This document shows positions 1-7,992 of a stretch of 64,000 nucleotides of DNA, piece after piece. The stretch covers positions 464-64,463 of the forward strand of contig JAZOWC010000068.1 of NCBI GenBank assembly GCA_045658985.1, given 5' to 3'. The stretch comes from Oscillospiraceae bacterium (GTDB taxonomy: Bacteria; Bacillota; Clostridia; Oscillospirales; Butyricicoccaceae). The translations under genes were made by a program, and so were the position numbers. The stretch's first letter is position 1; each line of letters starts with the position of its first letter. The notes below the pieces were generated by a model. That model ran no database searches. It had not been told where the DNA came from and was given only the letters and a program-made list of their open reading frames with translations.

Positions 1-2051
1 AATGCCTTCTTTGCCTCGGCAATTTGCTCGTCGGTAGGTTCTGCTGTTGCAAACTGCTCCTGTGCCTTGTGAAGAATTGCGTCCTCGTCAAAGGCGTTCA
101 AAAGCTTTTCGGCAACTTGTCCTGCGCTATCGCCGACTTTTTCTGCAAACTCTTTCTTTTCACTCGGAGTCATTTGGCTATTCAACCGAATAACACGGTT
201 TGCAAGAGAGGTGAACGTATCCTCGCTCTTATCACCGAGAGCTACATTCATCATCAGTTCTCTCATACTGACAGACGGTTTGCGCTCGAGAGTACGAGTG
301 TCGGATTTCTTGGATTTGGTAACACCCACGGCATCCACGATAACAAAATGATCTTTGTTATCGGTTGCAGATGGAGTAACCTTTTGAAGATCGTCTTTAG
401 AGAGAGTTCTTGTTCCGCGACCTTTCATCTGCTCGAAATAGTTTTTGCTGCGAACATCGCGCATGAAGATTAAGCATTCGATAGGTTTAACATCCGTACC
501 AGTTGCAATCATGTCGACGGTAACGGCAATACGGGGATAGTAATCGTTACGGAAAGAGCTTAATACGCTTTCGGGGTTTTCTGCAGAATAAGTAATCTTT
601 TTGCAGAACTCGTTGCCTTCGCCAAACTCCTCACGGACGATTTGAATGATGTCGTCTGCGTGGCTATCGGTTTTAGCAAAAATCAGAGTTTTCGGCACTT
701 CTTTACGACGGGGGAACAACGATGTAAACACATTTTCTTTGAATGTGCGAATTACAGTGCGGATTTGGCTTGGATTGACAATGTCTCGGTCAAGCTGTGA
801 CGGTCTATAATCCACGTCCTCATCAAGCTGTTTCCAACGCTTTTCGCGCGATAAACGGCTACGCACCTCTATCATTTGCTTCATAATGTGCGTAGTATTT
901 TTGCCGATATTGGTTTCAATGAGAAAGATATCCTCCCCTACGTTTACGCCGTCAATGATAGCTTGTTCACGAGGATATTCGCTGACCACGTTCTCATTGA
1001 AAAACGCAAAGGTACGCTTATCGGGGGTGGCAGTCAGACCGATAATAAATGAATCGAAGTACTCGAGCACCTGATTCCACACGTTATAAATAGAACGGTG
1101 GCACTCGTCTACGATGATGCAATCAAAGAATTCGGGTGGATATTTCTCGTTGTAAACCACCTCTTTCGGTGCTTTGGAGTCTGCTGTTACAAATTCGTTG
1201 AACGATGTTTCCTCGGCAGATTCGTCAAGTTCGTCGCCTTTGAGGATGGAGTACATTCTCTGAATGGTGCTGATACAGATCTGAACACCATCGGGGATAT
1301 ACGAGGATTTGAGTCTATGTACGCCATAAATCTGCGAGAAGGAACGGTTATCATCTGTCGGTCTGTATGCCAAGAATTCGCGCTCTGCCTGCTCGCCAAG
1401 ACCTTTCGTATCCACGAGGAAAAGAATACGGTTCATTTTTCCGTATTTTAAAAGTCTGTATGCCGCAGTAATAGCCGTAAATGTTTTTCCAGCGCCCGTT
1501 GCCATTTGTACCAAAGCCTTGGGGCGGTTATCAGCAAAGGATTTATCAAGATTTTCGATAGCGGCAATCTGACACTTACGGAATCCCGTAGGATCGAACT
1601 CGGGGAAATGCTTCATATTGTTCCGCACGGTATCCGCCTGTTTCAAAAGAGCGTTTAGAGTTTCGGGACGATGGAAGGAAAAAACTGTTCTTGAACGATA
1701 TTTTACATCGTTATAGTCGGTAAAGCGTGTGAGCTTGTCCGTTGCTTCGTATGCAAATCGAATGCGGTAAATGTCTTTGATCCACTTGAACGTACTGTTC
1801 GCATAACGAGAAGACTGCCCCTCAACGGCAGTTATGTTCTCTCCCTCATCTGTTTTCTTGGCTTCTATAACACCTACAGGTACTCCTTCTATGAAAAGAG
1901 CATAATCCACAGGTCCCGTGCTCGTTGGGAACTCCCGAACAGCAACACCGAGAGAAGCTGACAAACTCAAGGATTTGACATCTTGAATCACCCATCCGGA
2001 TTCTATTAACTTTTTATCGATAGTTAATCGAGATTTTTCTTCAGGCTTCAT
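1..2051 (-). CDS. hsdR: Type I restriction enzyme R subunit (HsdR), C-terminal end runs off the window
   Basis: Hand translation of the minus strand from the ATG at 2049-2051 (GGAGG 7 nt upstream) stays open to position 1 (683 codons). N-terminus MKPEEKSRLTIDKKLIESGWVIQD (HsdR_N nuclease type). Helicase motifs QMATGAGKT, IIVDECHRS, GLTATP and QMKGRGTR. EcoEI-R-like C-terminal helical region. Absent from the ORF track because it is edge-truncated. Confidence 0.8.
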   Translation of the reverse strand, partial: MKPEEKSRLTIDKKLIESGWVIQDVKSLSLSASLGVAVREFPTSTGPVDYALFIEGVPVGVIEAKKTDEGENITAVEGQSSRYANSTFKWIKDIYRIRFAYEATDKLTRFTDYNDVKYRSRTVFSFHRPETLNALLKQADTVRNNMKHFPEFDPTGFRKCQIAAIENLDKSFADNRPKALVQMATGAGKTFTAITAAYRLLKYGKMNRILFLVDTKGLGEQAEREFLAYRPTDDNRSFSQIYGVHRLKSSYIPDGVQICISTIQRMYSILKGDELDESAEETSFNEFVTADSKAPKEVVYNEKYPPEFFDCIIVDECHRSIYNVWNQVLEYFDSFIIGLTATPDKRTFAFFNENVVSEYPREQAIIDGVNVGEDIFLIETNIGKNTTHIMKQMIEVRSRLSREKRWKQLDEDVDYRPSQLDRDIVNPSQIRTVIRTFKENVFTSLFPRRKEVPKTLIFAKTDSHADDIIQIVREEFGEGNEFCKKITYSAENPESVLSSFRNDYYPRIAVTVDMIATGTDVKPIECLIFMRDVRSKNYFEQMKGRGTRTLSKDDLQKVTPSATDNKDHFVIVDAVGVTKSKKSDTRTLERKPSVSMRELMMNVALGDKSEDTFTSLANRVIRLNSQMTPSEKKEFAEKVGDSAGQVAEKLLNAFDEDAILHKAQEQFATAEPTDEQIAEAKKA

Positions 2052-2071
2052 ATCCAAGCCTCCTTTAAGTT

Positions 2072-2968
2072 TCAATTCTCGTTATACGCTCTATCAATCA
2101 GCGGTTTGGCTTTTTCAAAGTCTGCAACAGTTTGAAGGTGGAGTTCAACTGCACCACAGCCCCAGTGACCAATGTTCGTTACATCTCTTGAAAAACCTTC
2201 TTCAAACTTAACAGTGTTTACATCCAAAGGCAAATTCAAAATGAGCTTTTTCTTTAACGCTACAACTGTTACAATGTTGCGGATCTTTTTGAATGCCGCA
2301 TAAAGTTTCAAGTGAGTTTCACACACGTCATCACCAAGGCTCAATATGTAATTGGTAAGATCTTGATACATTGTTTTGACTGAGGTATCAGCTGCTTTTA
2401 ATTGCTCATCAAAGGTTTTGTCGGTAGATTTAGCTTTGGTAACTGGAGTATCGGTATCGGGTATCGCGGCAGCAACGTTTTCGTTGATATGCTCGAACAT
2501 AAGCAAATCTTCGCCAAACTTCTTATACCGAATAAGGCTGACATTTCTATTCATTTGCTTAATTGCGGATTCATCATACTTGGTAAAATCTCCTGCAATA
2601 CACACAACACGAGGCATTGTCCAGTCGATATTGTCTGCTTCTTTAAGTCCTAGTTTCTCGATAACCAAAACCTTAAAGCTATCTTTGTGATCCAAGAGCC
2701 AGTTAAGATAGAACAGGCCTTGATTGATTACATTTTCTTTCATTGAGCGCTTATACTCAAATATAACAGGACAATGATTCTCATCAATTCCGATACTGTC
2801 CATGCGACCTCCATCGGTGGTTTTATACTCGGAGGCAAGGAAGGTAACGCCAAAGAATGTTTCCATATTGTTTTCAATTACGGTCTGCAACTCTTTTTCG
2901 AGAGTAACGTTCCCACTTTGTAATTCTGTTACTTTACCGTTTATATTAAATAATTTAATATCAGCCAT
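2072..2968 (-). CDS. DUF5655-type protein with an N-terminal NucS/PD-(D/E)xK-like nuclease fold
   Basis: 298-aa ORF. N-terminal pattern RMDSIGIDENHCPVIFEYKR fits a D...E-x-K nuclease core. Overall layout matches the NucS-like plus DUF5655 proteins often found beside type I R-M genes. Sits 20 nt upstream of hsdR on the same strand. Confidence 0.6.
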   Translation of the reverse strand: MADIKLFNINGKVTELQSGNVTLEKELQTVIENNMETFFGVTFLASEYKTTDGGRMDSIGIDENHCPVIFEYKRSMKENVINQGLFYLNWLLDHKDSFKVLVIEKLGLKEADNIDWTMPRVVCIAGDFTKYDESAIKQMNRNVSLIRYKKFGEDLLMFEHINENVAAAIPDTDTPVTKAKSTDKTFDEQLKAADTSVKTMYQDLTNYILSLGDDVCETHLKLYAAFKKIRNIVTVVALKKKLILNLPLDVNTVKFEEGFSRDVTNIGHWGCGAVELHLQTVADFEKAKPLIDRAYNEN

Positions 2969-3272
2969 TTTCTTTCTCCTTCAATTCCAACTTTGCAAGT
3001 TTTGCTTTTAGGAAATCTATTTGAAACTGGATATTTGTAATAATAAGCCTGTTGTCGGCTTGATAAAGATCAACACTGCCGAATTGTACCTGCTTGGCAA
3101 CGGTCGCTGTTGCCAATTCAATATCTGTAAATTGTATTGCTTTTATTCTTTCGATTGCATCGTTGCGATCAAGAAAACCGGTTGTTTGAAACTGATAAAC
3201 GATATTTTCACGCTCTACAATGTCATTTACGACAGACAACTTGTCATATTCTCTTTTTATGAGATTGCTCAT
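2961..3272 (-). CDS. Hypothetical small coiled-coil protein (start uncertain)
   Basis: ORF 2961..3389 in the track. I prefer the ATG at 3270-3272 (MSNLIKREYDK...) because GAGGGAAG lies about 7 nt upstream. Overlaps the downstream gene start by 8 nt (translational coupling). No recognisable domain. Confidence 0.4.
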   Translation of the reverse strand: MSNLIKREYDKLSVVNDIVERENIVYQFQTTGFLDRNDAIERIKAIQFTDIELATATVAKQVQFGSVDLYQADNRLIITNIQFQIDFLKAKLAKLELKEKENG

Positions 3273-3395
3273 TTTATCTTCCCTCATAATAGTTATACCC
3301 GTCAATCCTCTTTCCTTTATCAGTAGTTCTCTTTCTGATTCTAGATTACCACTTCTGGGATAGGATGAAAAAAGAGGATTTTTCAACACATACTG

Positions 3396-3611
3396 TTATT
3401 TCTCCGCTTCTTCCGGAATGAATTCCATAATATCATCCACGCCACAACCGAGGACTTTGCAGATTTTGCCAAGGGTTTCGACGGTGACGTTTTCGCCCTT
3501 GCTCATCTTGGTGATGGTATAGTTACTGATATCCGCCGCTTTCGCGAGGTCTTTCTTTTTCATATCGTGGTCGATCAAAAGCTTCCAAAGTTTTTTATAG
3601 CTGACAGCCAT
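3396..3611 (-). CDS. XRE-family helix-turn-helix transcriptional regulator
   Basis: MAVSYKKLWKLLIDHDMKKKDLAKAADISNYTITKMSKGENVTVETLGKICKVLGCGVDDIMEF is a textbook Cro/C1-type HTH. AAAGAGGTG RBS before the ATG at 3609-3611. Confidence 0.85.
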   Translation of the reverse strand: MAVSYKKLWKLLIDHDMKKKDLAKAADISNYTITKMSKGENVTVETLGKICKVLGCGVDDIMEFIPEEAEK

Positions 3612-3981
3612 AGTTGCACCTCTTTTGTTAAGGTATAGTTTGTTAATCATATTATATCACAAAACGTCGAATCTTCAAGAACATAATATAGCTATAACTA
3701 TATTTTTTATAGCTTTCCCGATAATTAACATCGTCATGTTAAGATTTCAAAAAACAACCTTTGTAATATATATCGTGTGTATATCTATCATTTCGAAATG
3801 AACCAATGAATCCGTACCTATATCAATCTCAAAACCACAAAACCGATATGGGTATCCATGCTGATCTTTTTAATTCTTTCCAAAGTGTTTTCCAGATCAC
3901 GACGGTCAGCGGTCAGTAAAAACGCTATTAAAAACTCGGGTTGCGATCGATATCCTAGACAGGACAGATTAGGATCACCTG

Positions 3982-4026
3982 CTCATAACCCGGAGGTCGT
4001 AGGTTCAAATCCTGCCTCCGCAACCA
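3982..4026 (+). other. Partial tRNA: 3' half of an initiator-type tRNA-Met(CAT), att-site-like fragment
   Basis: CTCATAACCCGGAGGTCGTAGGTTCAAATCCTGCCTCCGCAACCA gives the anticodon loop (CAT), 3' anticodon stem, variable loop, T arm, 3' acceptor strand and CCA. The 33 nt upstream cannot form the acceptor, D or 5' anticodon stems, so it is a fragment and not a gene. Confidence 0.75.
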
Positions 4027-4032
4027 TCTAGG

Positions 4033-4067
4033 AAAGCCTTGGAATCTCAATGATTCCAAGGCTTTTT
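4033..4067 (+). terminator. Rho-independent terminator directly after the tRNA fragment
   Basis: AAAGCCTTGGAATC-loop-GATTCCAAGGCTTT hairpin followed by a T-run. Confidence 0.6.
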
Positions 4068-4640
4068 CTTTGTGTTTGTCAGTGTTTTGCTCATATGCGG
4101 ATCGCACATAAAACCGAGCTATGTACATTTGACGCCAATTTTGACGCCGATTGCGTAACAAGCAATACCCCAAAACAGCACAATATATGTATTGTCTACG
4201 TTAATTTTTCGTGCTATAATAATATTGCGCACTGATAGGTGTCGAGGATAACTCACTGATTGCCACGGTGTTTTATGCCTTACTTATCAGTCGGCAGATA
4301 AGCGCAGATATATTACAATGCAGACTCCTATCTCTGCAATCACTGTCTTCAGAATCTGCAAACAGGTTAATCCTGTATATGGCAAACTAATTATTTCAAG
4401 AGAAAGATGTATCGTTTAATACTGAAGGCACGGTGCTGCCGGAAGTTCTTTGCGGTACATTTTTCTTTTTATATTATAAAAACATCGCGCAGGACATCAG
4501 TAGCTCATACGGAAATCCGAAGTCTACATTCCTACGCGATGTTTGTACTTGAATAATATCCCAAACAACAAAAATGGTCAATAATAGCCATTAATTCCTT
4601 ACCAGACCAAAATCTATCAGGGAATTTCCTGAACTACACC

Positions 4641-5387
4641 TCACTCTCCCCCATAAAATGCACTCATTTTTTCCATACTTTGTTTCTTGTGGTCGGGGAG
4701 TGCGTGGGCGTAGAGATTGAGTGTAGTTGAGGCTTGGGCGTGGCCTAAGATTGATGACAGCACTTTGATATCCATACCTGCTTCTAACGCTCTGGTTGCG
4801 AACGTGTGACGCAAGGCGTGGAAGTTAATATTCTTTACTCCCGCTGCCTTTAAAGTCCTTTTAAACAAATCCTGGTAAGTTCTGGGCTCGTAGAAAGTTC
4901 CCGAAACCGTGGAGAATATCGGCGTAGTGGACGATAAATACACGTTTTGTGTAACCAGCAGCTCTTTTTGTCTTTGGTGGTATATCATCAGGTCTTTCCA
5001 CACTTGAGGAAACAATGAGATGACCCTCTGCCCTGTTGTGGTTTTGGGTGTTCTTGCTACAATTTCTGTAGTGGTCTTCCCCGGCTTCTTGGCGACCAAT
5101 TTCCCGTTCTCATCTACTTTTTGTAAGCGGCCGACAGTTCGACGAATACGTATACAGTGATTGGTAAAATCTACGTCACCCCATTGCAGTCCCAACATTT
5201 CTCCACGCCTGACGCCGGTACTTAGGGTAAAAATTATTCCAAATGCCGCTAAAGATTCAGAGTTCGCTGCGGCTTTTTGTAGGGCCAGCTGTTCTTCTAT
5301 TGTGAGAATAGCGATTTCTTTTTTCCCTATTGACGAGATCTTGACACCGTTTATAGGTATCAATTCTGTCACACGAAACTGCACCAT
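4641..5387 (-). CDS. Tyrosine recombinase/phage integrase, catalytic domain only (N-terminally truncated, probably a remnant)
   Basis: 248 aa. R in TGVRRGEMLGLQW, HALRHTFAT (HxxR), ILGH and NLYAH (catalytic Tyr). Lacks the roughly 120-150 aa arm-binding/core-binding N-terminus of full-length integrases. Confidence 0.75.
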   Translation of the reverse strand: MVQFRVTELIPINGVKISSIGKKEIAILTIEEQLALQKAAANSESLAAFGIIFTLSTGVRRGEMLGLQWGDVDFTNHCIRIRRTVGRLQKVDENGKLVAKKPGKTTTEIVARTPKTTTGQRVISLFPQVWKDLMIYHQRQKELLVTQNVYLSSTTPIFSTVSGTFYEPRTYQDLFKRTLKAAGVKNINFHALRHTFATRALEAGMDIKVLSSILGHAQASTTLNLYAHALPDHKKQSMEKMSAFYGGE

Positions 5388-5511
5388 TACTTATCATCAC
5401 ACATATTAACCCTATAGCAATCATTACTGTCCCTTTTATTGTACATAGGATTCTGTATTATAAGAATATGTAAGCACCTCTATATCCGTAAAAACAGAAA
5501 GGATGTACATT

Positions 5512-5916
5512 ATGTTAAGAAAACTCATCGACCAAAGCCTATTCACTCGCATTATTCAAGCTCCCGAAAACAGAAACACTGTTATGAGTGTAACAATTTA
5601 TCCAGGCGGAAGATTCAATATGAACAGCCGTTTGTCTGCCAAATTACACGGCAAGCCACTGAACATTTCTTTTACGGAGGATGCCTTGCACTTTTTGTTA
5701 TGCGAAAGCACATCAAAGGATGGTTCCATAATTTTCCCCAAAAACGGTTCCAAACTTTTACCCTCCACTGCAGAAATCACAAAACAAGGAAAGTTAGACT
5801 TACCCGCCAAGTTCGAAGTGTGGCTCAGAGATGACGGAGCTTGGCAAGGAGATTGCATAGAAAACCCTTTTCCATCGCAATGCGAAAAGCTCCCCAACTC
5901 AAAGAAGAAGAAATAA
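5512..5916 (+). CDS. Hypothetical protein (mobile-element cargo)
   Basis: ORF 5503..5916. GAAAGGA RBS favours the ATG at 5512. No recognisable motif. AT-rich context. Confidence 0.4.
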   Translation: MLRKLIDQSLFTRIIQAPENRNTVMSVTIYPGGRFNMNSRLSAKLHGKPLNISFTEDALHFLLCESTSKDGSIIFPKNGSKLLPSTAEITKQGKLDLPAKFEVWLRDDGAWQGDCIENPFPSQCEKLPNSKKKK

Positions 5917-6206
5917 GATCACTAGAAAAATGCCATGTGGCCGTTATTTCGGAGTTTTTGAATGAATATACAACAGATGATGACTTCCACGATATGATCG
6001 AACTCTGCTATGAGGCATGGGAGCTCTCACGTGAAAATCCGGCAGACTTGGCGCGTCAAATGATTTCCAAGAATATCAAGGACAAAAAGTTTGAAGCAGC
6101 TGTTCTGTATAGCCGCAGAAACATATCCTTAGACCAGTGCTTTGGTGATAGCAAAACACCTGCAGGCGAGTTCCTGAATCTTTCAGACCAAGAAGAATGG
6201 GACTAA
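5880..6206 (+). CDS. Hypothetical small acidic protein, possibly a regulator or sigma-like fragment
   Basis: ORF 5841..6206. The internal ATG at 5880 (MRKAPQLKEEE...) overlaps the end of the previous ORF. Followed by a strong hairpin terminator. Confidence 0.4.
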   Translation: MRKAPQLKEEEIRSLEKCHVAVISEFLNEYTTDDDFHDMIELCYEAWELSRENPADLARQMISKNIKDKKFEAAVLYSRRNISLDQCFGDSKTPAGEFLNLSDQEEWD

Positions 6207-6262
6207 ATATGGTGGAGATACGCCGGTGTGATCCGCCAAGCTCTTGAAAGCCAAAACAATAC

Positions 6263-6301
6263 CCCTTGATGCAGTCCATATACTGCATCAAGGGGCTTTT
6301 T
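6263..6301. terminator. Bidirectional intrinsic terminator between the island ORFs and tdk
   Basis: CCCCTTGATGCAGT-loop-ACTGCATCAAGGGG followed by TTTTT. A-rich on the other side. Confidence 0.7.
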
Positions 6302-6339
6302 GTCTATTATTCAGCTGTCTCGGGGATTCTGTCCGCGCT

Positions 6340-6933
6340 TTATTCTTTGTTACACACGGTGTTTTGATTCTTTATCGCACGCTTCCAGCAGCTGTGGCAC
6401 ATAGCGATATAAGAATCATTGCCGCCGATCATGATTTGCCCGCCGTCTGTAAGCACACGTCCGTTTTTGTCTATACGTGCATTTACGATGGCTTTCTGCC
6501 CGCAGGAGCAGATGGTTTTTATCTCGGTGATCGAATCTGCAAGCTCAAACAGTCTGCGGCTTCCCTCAAACAAGTGTGTCAGAAAGTCTGTTCTCAATCC
6601 AAAACAAAGCACGGGGATATCATACTCGTCAACAATCTGTCTCAGCTGATCTATCTGGGCGGCTGTGAAAAACTGGCACTCATCGGCAATGATGACGTGG
6701 ATATCCTTTCGATCTTCGAACTCTTTCAGAATGTCGGTTTCGGGCAGTACAACGTATGCTTTTTCTTCAAGTCCGATTCTGGAACGCACCACACCCACAC
6801 CGTCTCGGTCATCCAGCGAGGGTTTGATAAGCCAAACTCGCATTCCGCGCTCCTCATAATTGAACTTTGTAATAAGCGCGCTTGCTGTTTTGGATGAGCC
6901 CATTGCTCCGTATTTAAAATAAAGTTTTGCCAT
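6340..6933 (-). CDS. tdk: Thymidine kinase
   Basis: MAKLYFKYGAMGSSKTASAL (P-loop), IADECQF, C-terminal zinc cysteines CSCG...CHSC. GGAAAGGA RBS before the ATG at 6931-6933. The track ORF extends further upstream to 7011. Confidence 0.92.
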   Translation of the reverse strand: MAKLYFKYGAMGSSKTASALITKFNYEERGMRVWLIKPSLDDRDGVGVVRSRIGLEEKAYVVLPETDILKEFEDRKDIHVIIADECQFFTAAQIDQLRQIVDEYDIPVLCFGLRTDFLTHLFEGSRRLFELADSITEIKTICSCGQKAIVNARIDKNGRVLTDGGQIMIGGNDSYIAMCHSCWKRAIKNQNTVCNKE

Positions 6934-7121
6934 TATGTATCCTTTCCGGCCGATGTATAAGCCAAAACGTCTTGTAAACAGTATAACATATTTTTTGCCC
7001 GTGACAACCAAAAAGCGTCATATTATTACGCACCGCCCCACTGTGAAGGTTGTTGAGGAAGAAACCGCCGCCCGCGAGCTGCCCTTCTATCTCTTCTGGA
7101 GAAAGTAAATACACACAGATA

Positions 7122-7158
7122 CATCCACCCGCACAAGCAGGCGGGTGGATGTTTTTTT
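7122..7158 (+). terminator. Orphan intrinsic-terminator-like hairpin in the tdk/lipoprotein intergenic region
   Basis: CATCCACCCGC-loop-GCGGGTGGATG followed by TTTTTTT. No upstream plus-strand gene to terminate. Confidence 0.35.
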
Positions 7159-7166
7159 GTCGGGGC

Positions 7167-7196
7167 TTTGATTTTTCGGTAAAGGCTTGGTATAAT
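7167..7196 (+). promoter_or_regulatory. Candidate sigma-70-type promoter of the Cys-repeat lipoprotein gene
   Basis: TTTGAT, 18-nt spacer, TATAAT with an upstream TGG (extended -10), about 50 nt before the ATG. Confidence 0.45.
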
Positions 7197-7243
7197 GTAT
7201 CAGTACAATATATCTGCAAATACTCTACGAAAAGAGAAATGAT

Positions 7244-7891
7244 ATGAAAGCAAAAGGAAAAATCCGCCTTGCCGCCGTATTTCTGCTCTGTATAGCGGTG
7301 CTTGCCGCCTGCTCACGGTCGGATGACGGCGGGCACAGCCATTATTTCCGCGCCGCGACCTGCTCTCTGCCAAAGGTCTGCGAGTGCGGCGCAACCAAAG
7401 GCGAAGCTATAGGACACAGATATTCGGAGGCTACCTGCACCGTGCCCAAGACCTGCTCGGTTTGCGGCGCTACCGAGGGCGAAGTTGCAGGACACAGCTG
7501 GAAGGATGCCACTTGCACAGCCCCCAAAACCTGCTCTATGTGCAGCGCCACCGAGGGTGAGACTACGGCGCACAGCTGGAAGAATGCCACCTGTACAGCT
7601 CCCAAGACTTGCTCTATGTGCGGCATCACCGAGGGTGAGACTACGGCGCACAGCTGGAAAGATGCCGATTACACCGCACCCAGAACCTGCACCGCCTGCG
7701 GAAAAACCGAGGGGCATCCCCTCGACGTGCCTGGCAAATCCAATTACCACGGGCACATATACACGGGCGGCCCGTCAAGCAAAAAATACCACTACGAGGC
7801 ATCCTGCCCGGGCAAAAACAGCCACGAAATAACCTGGGACGAGGTGGAAAGCCGCAAGCTCGGCCCATGCGGCACCTGCGTACTCAAGTGA
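7244..7891 (+). CDS. Lipoprotein with five 26-aa Cys-rich repeats and a C-terminal Cys/His cluster
   Basis: Signal peptide plus lipobox (LAAC). Repeats of the form HSWKDATCTAPKTCSMCxATEGETTA. C-terminus YHYEASCPGKNSH...GPCGTC. Confidence 0.75.
   Translation: MKAKGKIRLAAVFLLCIAVLAACSRSDDGGHSHYFRAATCSLPKVCECGATKGEAIGHRYSEATCTVPKTCSVCGATEGEVAGHSWKDATCTAPKTCSMCSATEGETTAHSWKNATCTAPKTCSMCGITEGETTAHSWKDADYTAPRTCTACGKTEGHPLDVPGKSNYHGHIYTGGPSSKKYHYEASCPGKNSHEITWDEVESRKLGPCGTCVLK
7334..7723 (+). repeat. 5 x 78-nt in-frame tandem repeat (units 3 and 4 nearly identical)
   Basis: Repeat units start at His codons at 7334, 7415, 7493, 7571 and 7649. Units 7493-7570 and 7571-7648 differ at only a few positions. 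Confidence 0.8.
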
Positions 7892-7909
7892 GAGGAAGTA
7901 CGGCTTTCC

Positions 7910-7930
7910 CTCGAGGGTTCGAATCCCTCC
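7910..7930 (+). other. tRNA-Ser T-arm fragment, a 21-nt exact inverted copy of part of tRNA-Ser(GGA)
   Basis: CTCGAGGGTTCGAATCCCTCC is the exact reverse complement of 8764-8784 inside the tRNA-Ser gene. The flanks (about 7891-7945) look like a variable arm and a diverged acceptor, but no 5' half exists. Confidence 0.6.
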
Positions 7931-7953
7931 ATACAAACTCCATGCCTAAATAC

Positions 7954-7981
7954 AAAAAGAACACCCGATCGGGTGTTCTTG
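7954..7981. terminator. Hairpin terminator (best for the minus-strand four-helix-bundle gene)
   Basis: AAGAACACCC-GATC-GGGTGTTCTT. On the minus strand it is followed by TTTTTGT. Confidence 0.55.
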
Positions 7982-7992
7982 TCATATTTACG

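Larger units (their letters stand above)
1..6310. mobile_element. AT-rich integrated-element remnant(s): restriction island plus integrase fragment, with an internal tRNA-fMet 3'-half att-like scar
   Basis: By eye about 40% GC versus about 58-60% GC beyond about 6.9 kb. Carries hsdR, an XRE regulator, a tyrosine-recombinase catalytic domain and a 45-nt tRNA 3' fragment of the kind left by tRNA-targeting integrases. Confidence 0.5.

Noticed and set aside
6210-6255. TGGTGGAGATACGCCGG... as the 3' end of a minus-strand tRNA or a second att copy
   Set aside because: The reverse complement ends in ...TCTCCACCA, but the preceding bases cannot form a T stem-loop, and it has no similarity to the tRNA-fMet fragment at 3982-4026.
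6244-6897. 217-aa plus-strand ORF
   Set aside because: Antisense to thymidine kinase, which has a P-loop and zinc cysteines. The ORF also starts inside a terminator hairpin.
7050-7247. 65-aa ORF in the tdk/lipoprotein intergenic region
   Set aside because: It reads straight through a terminator hairpin and the candidate promoter, has no RBS, and has a proline-rich, low-complexity start.
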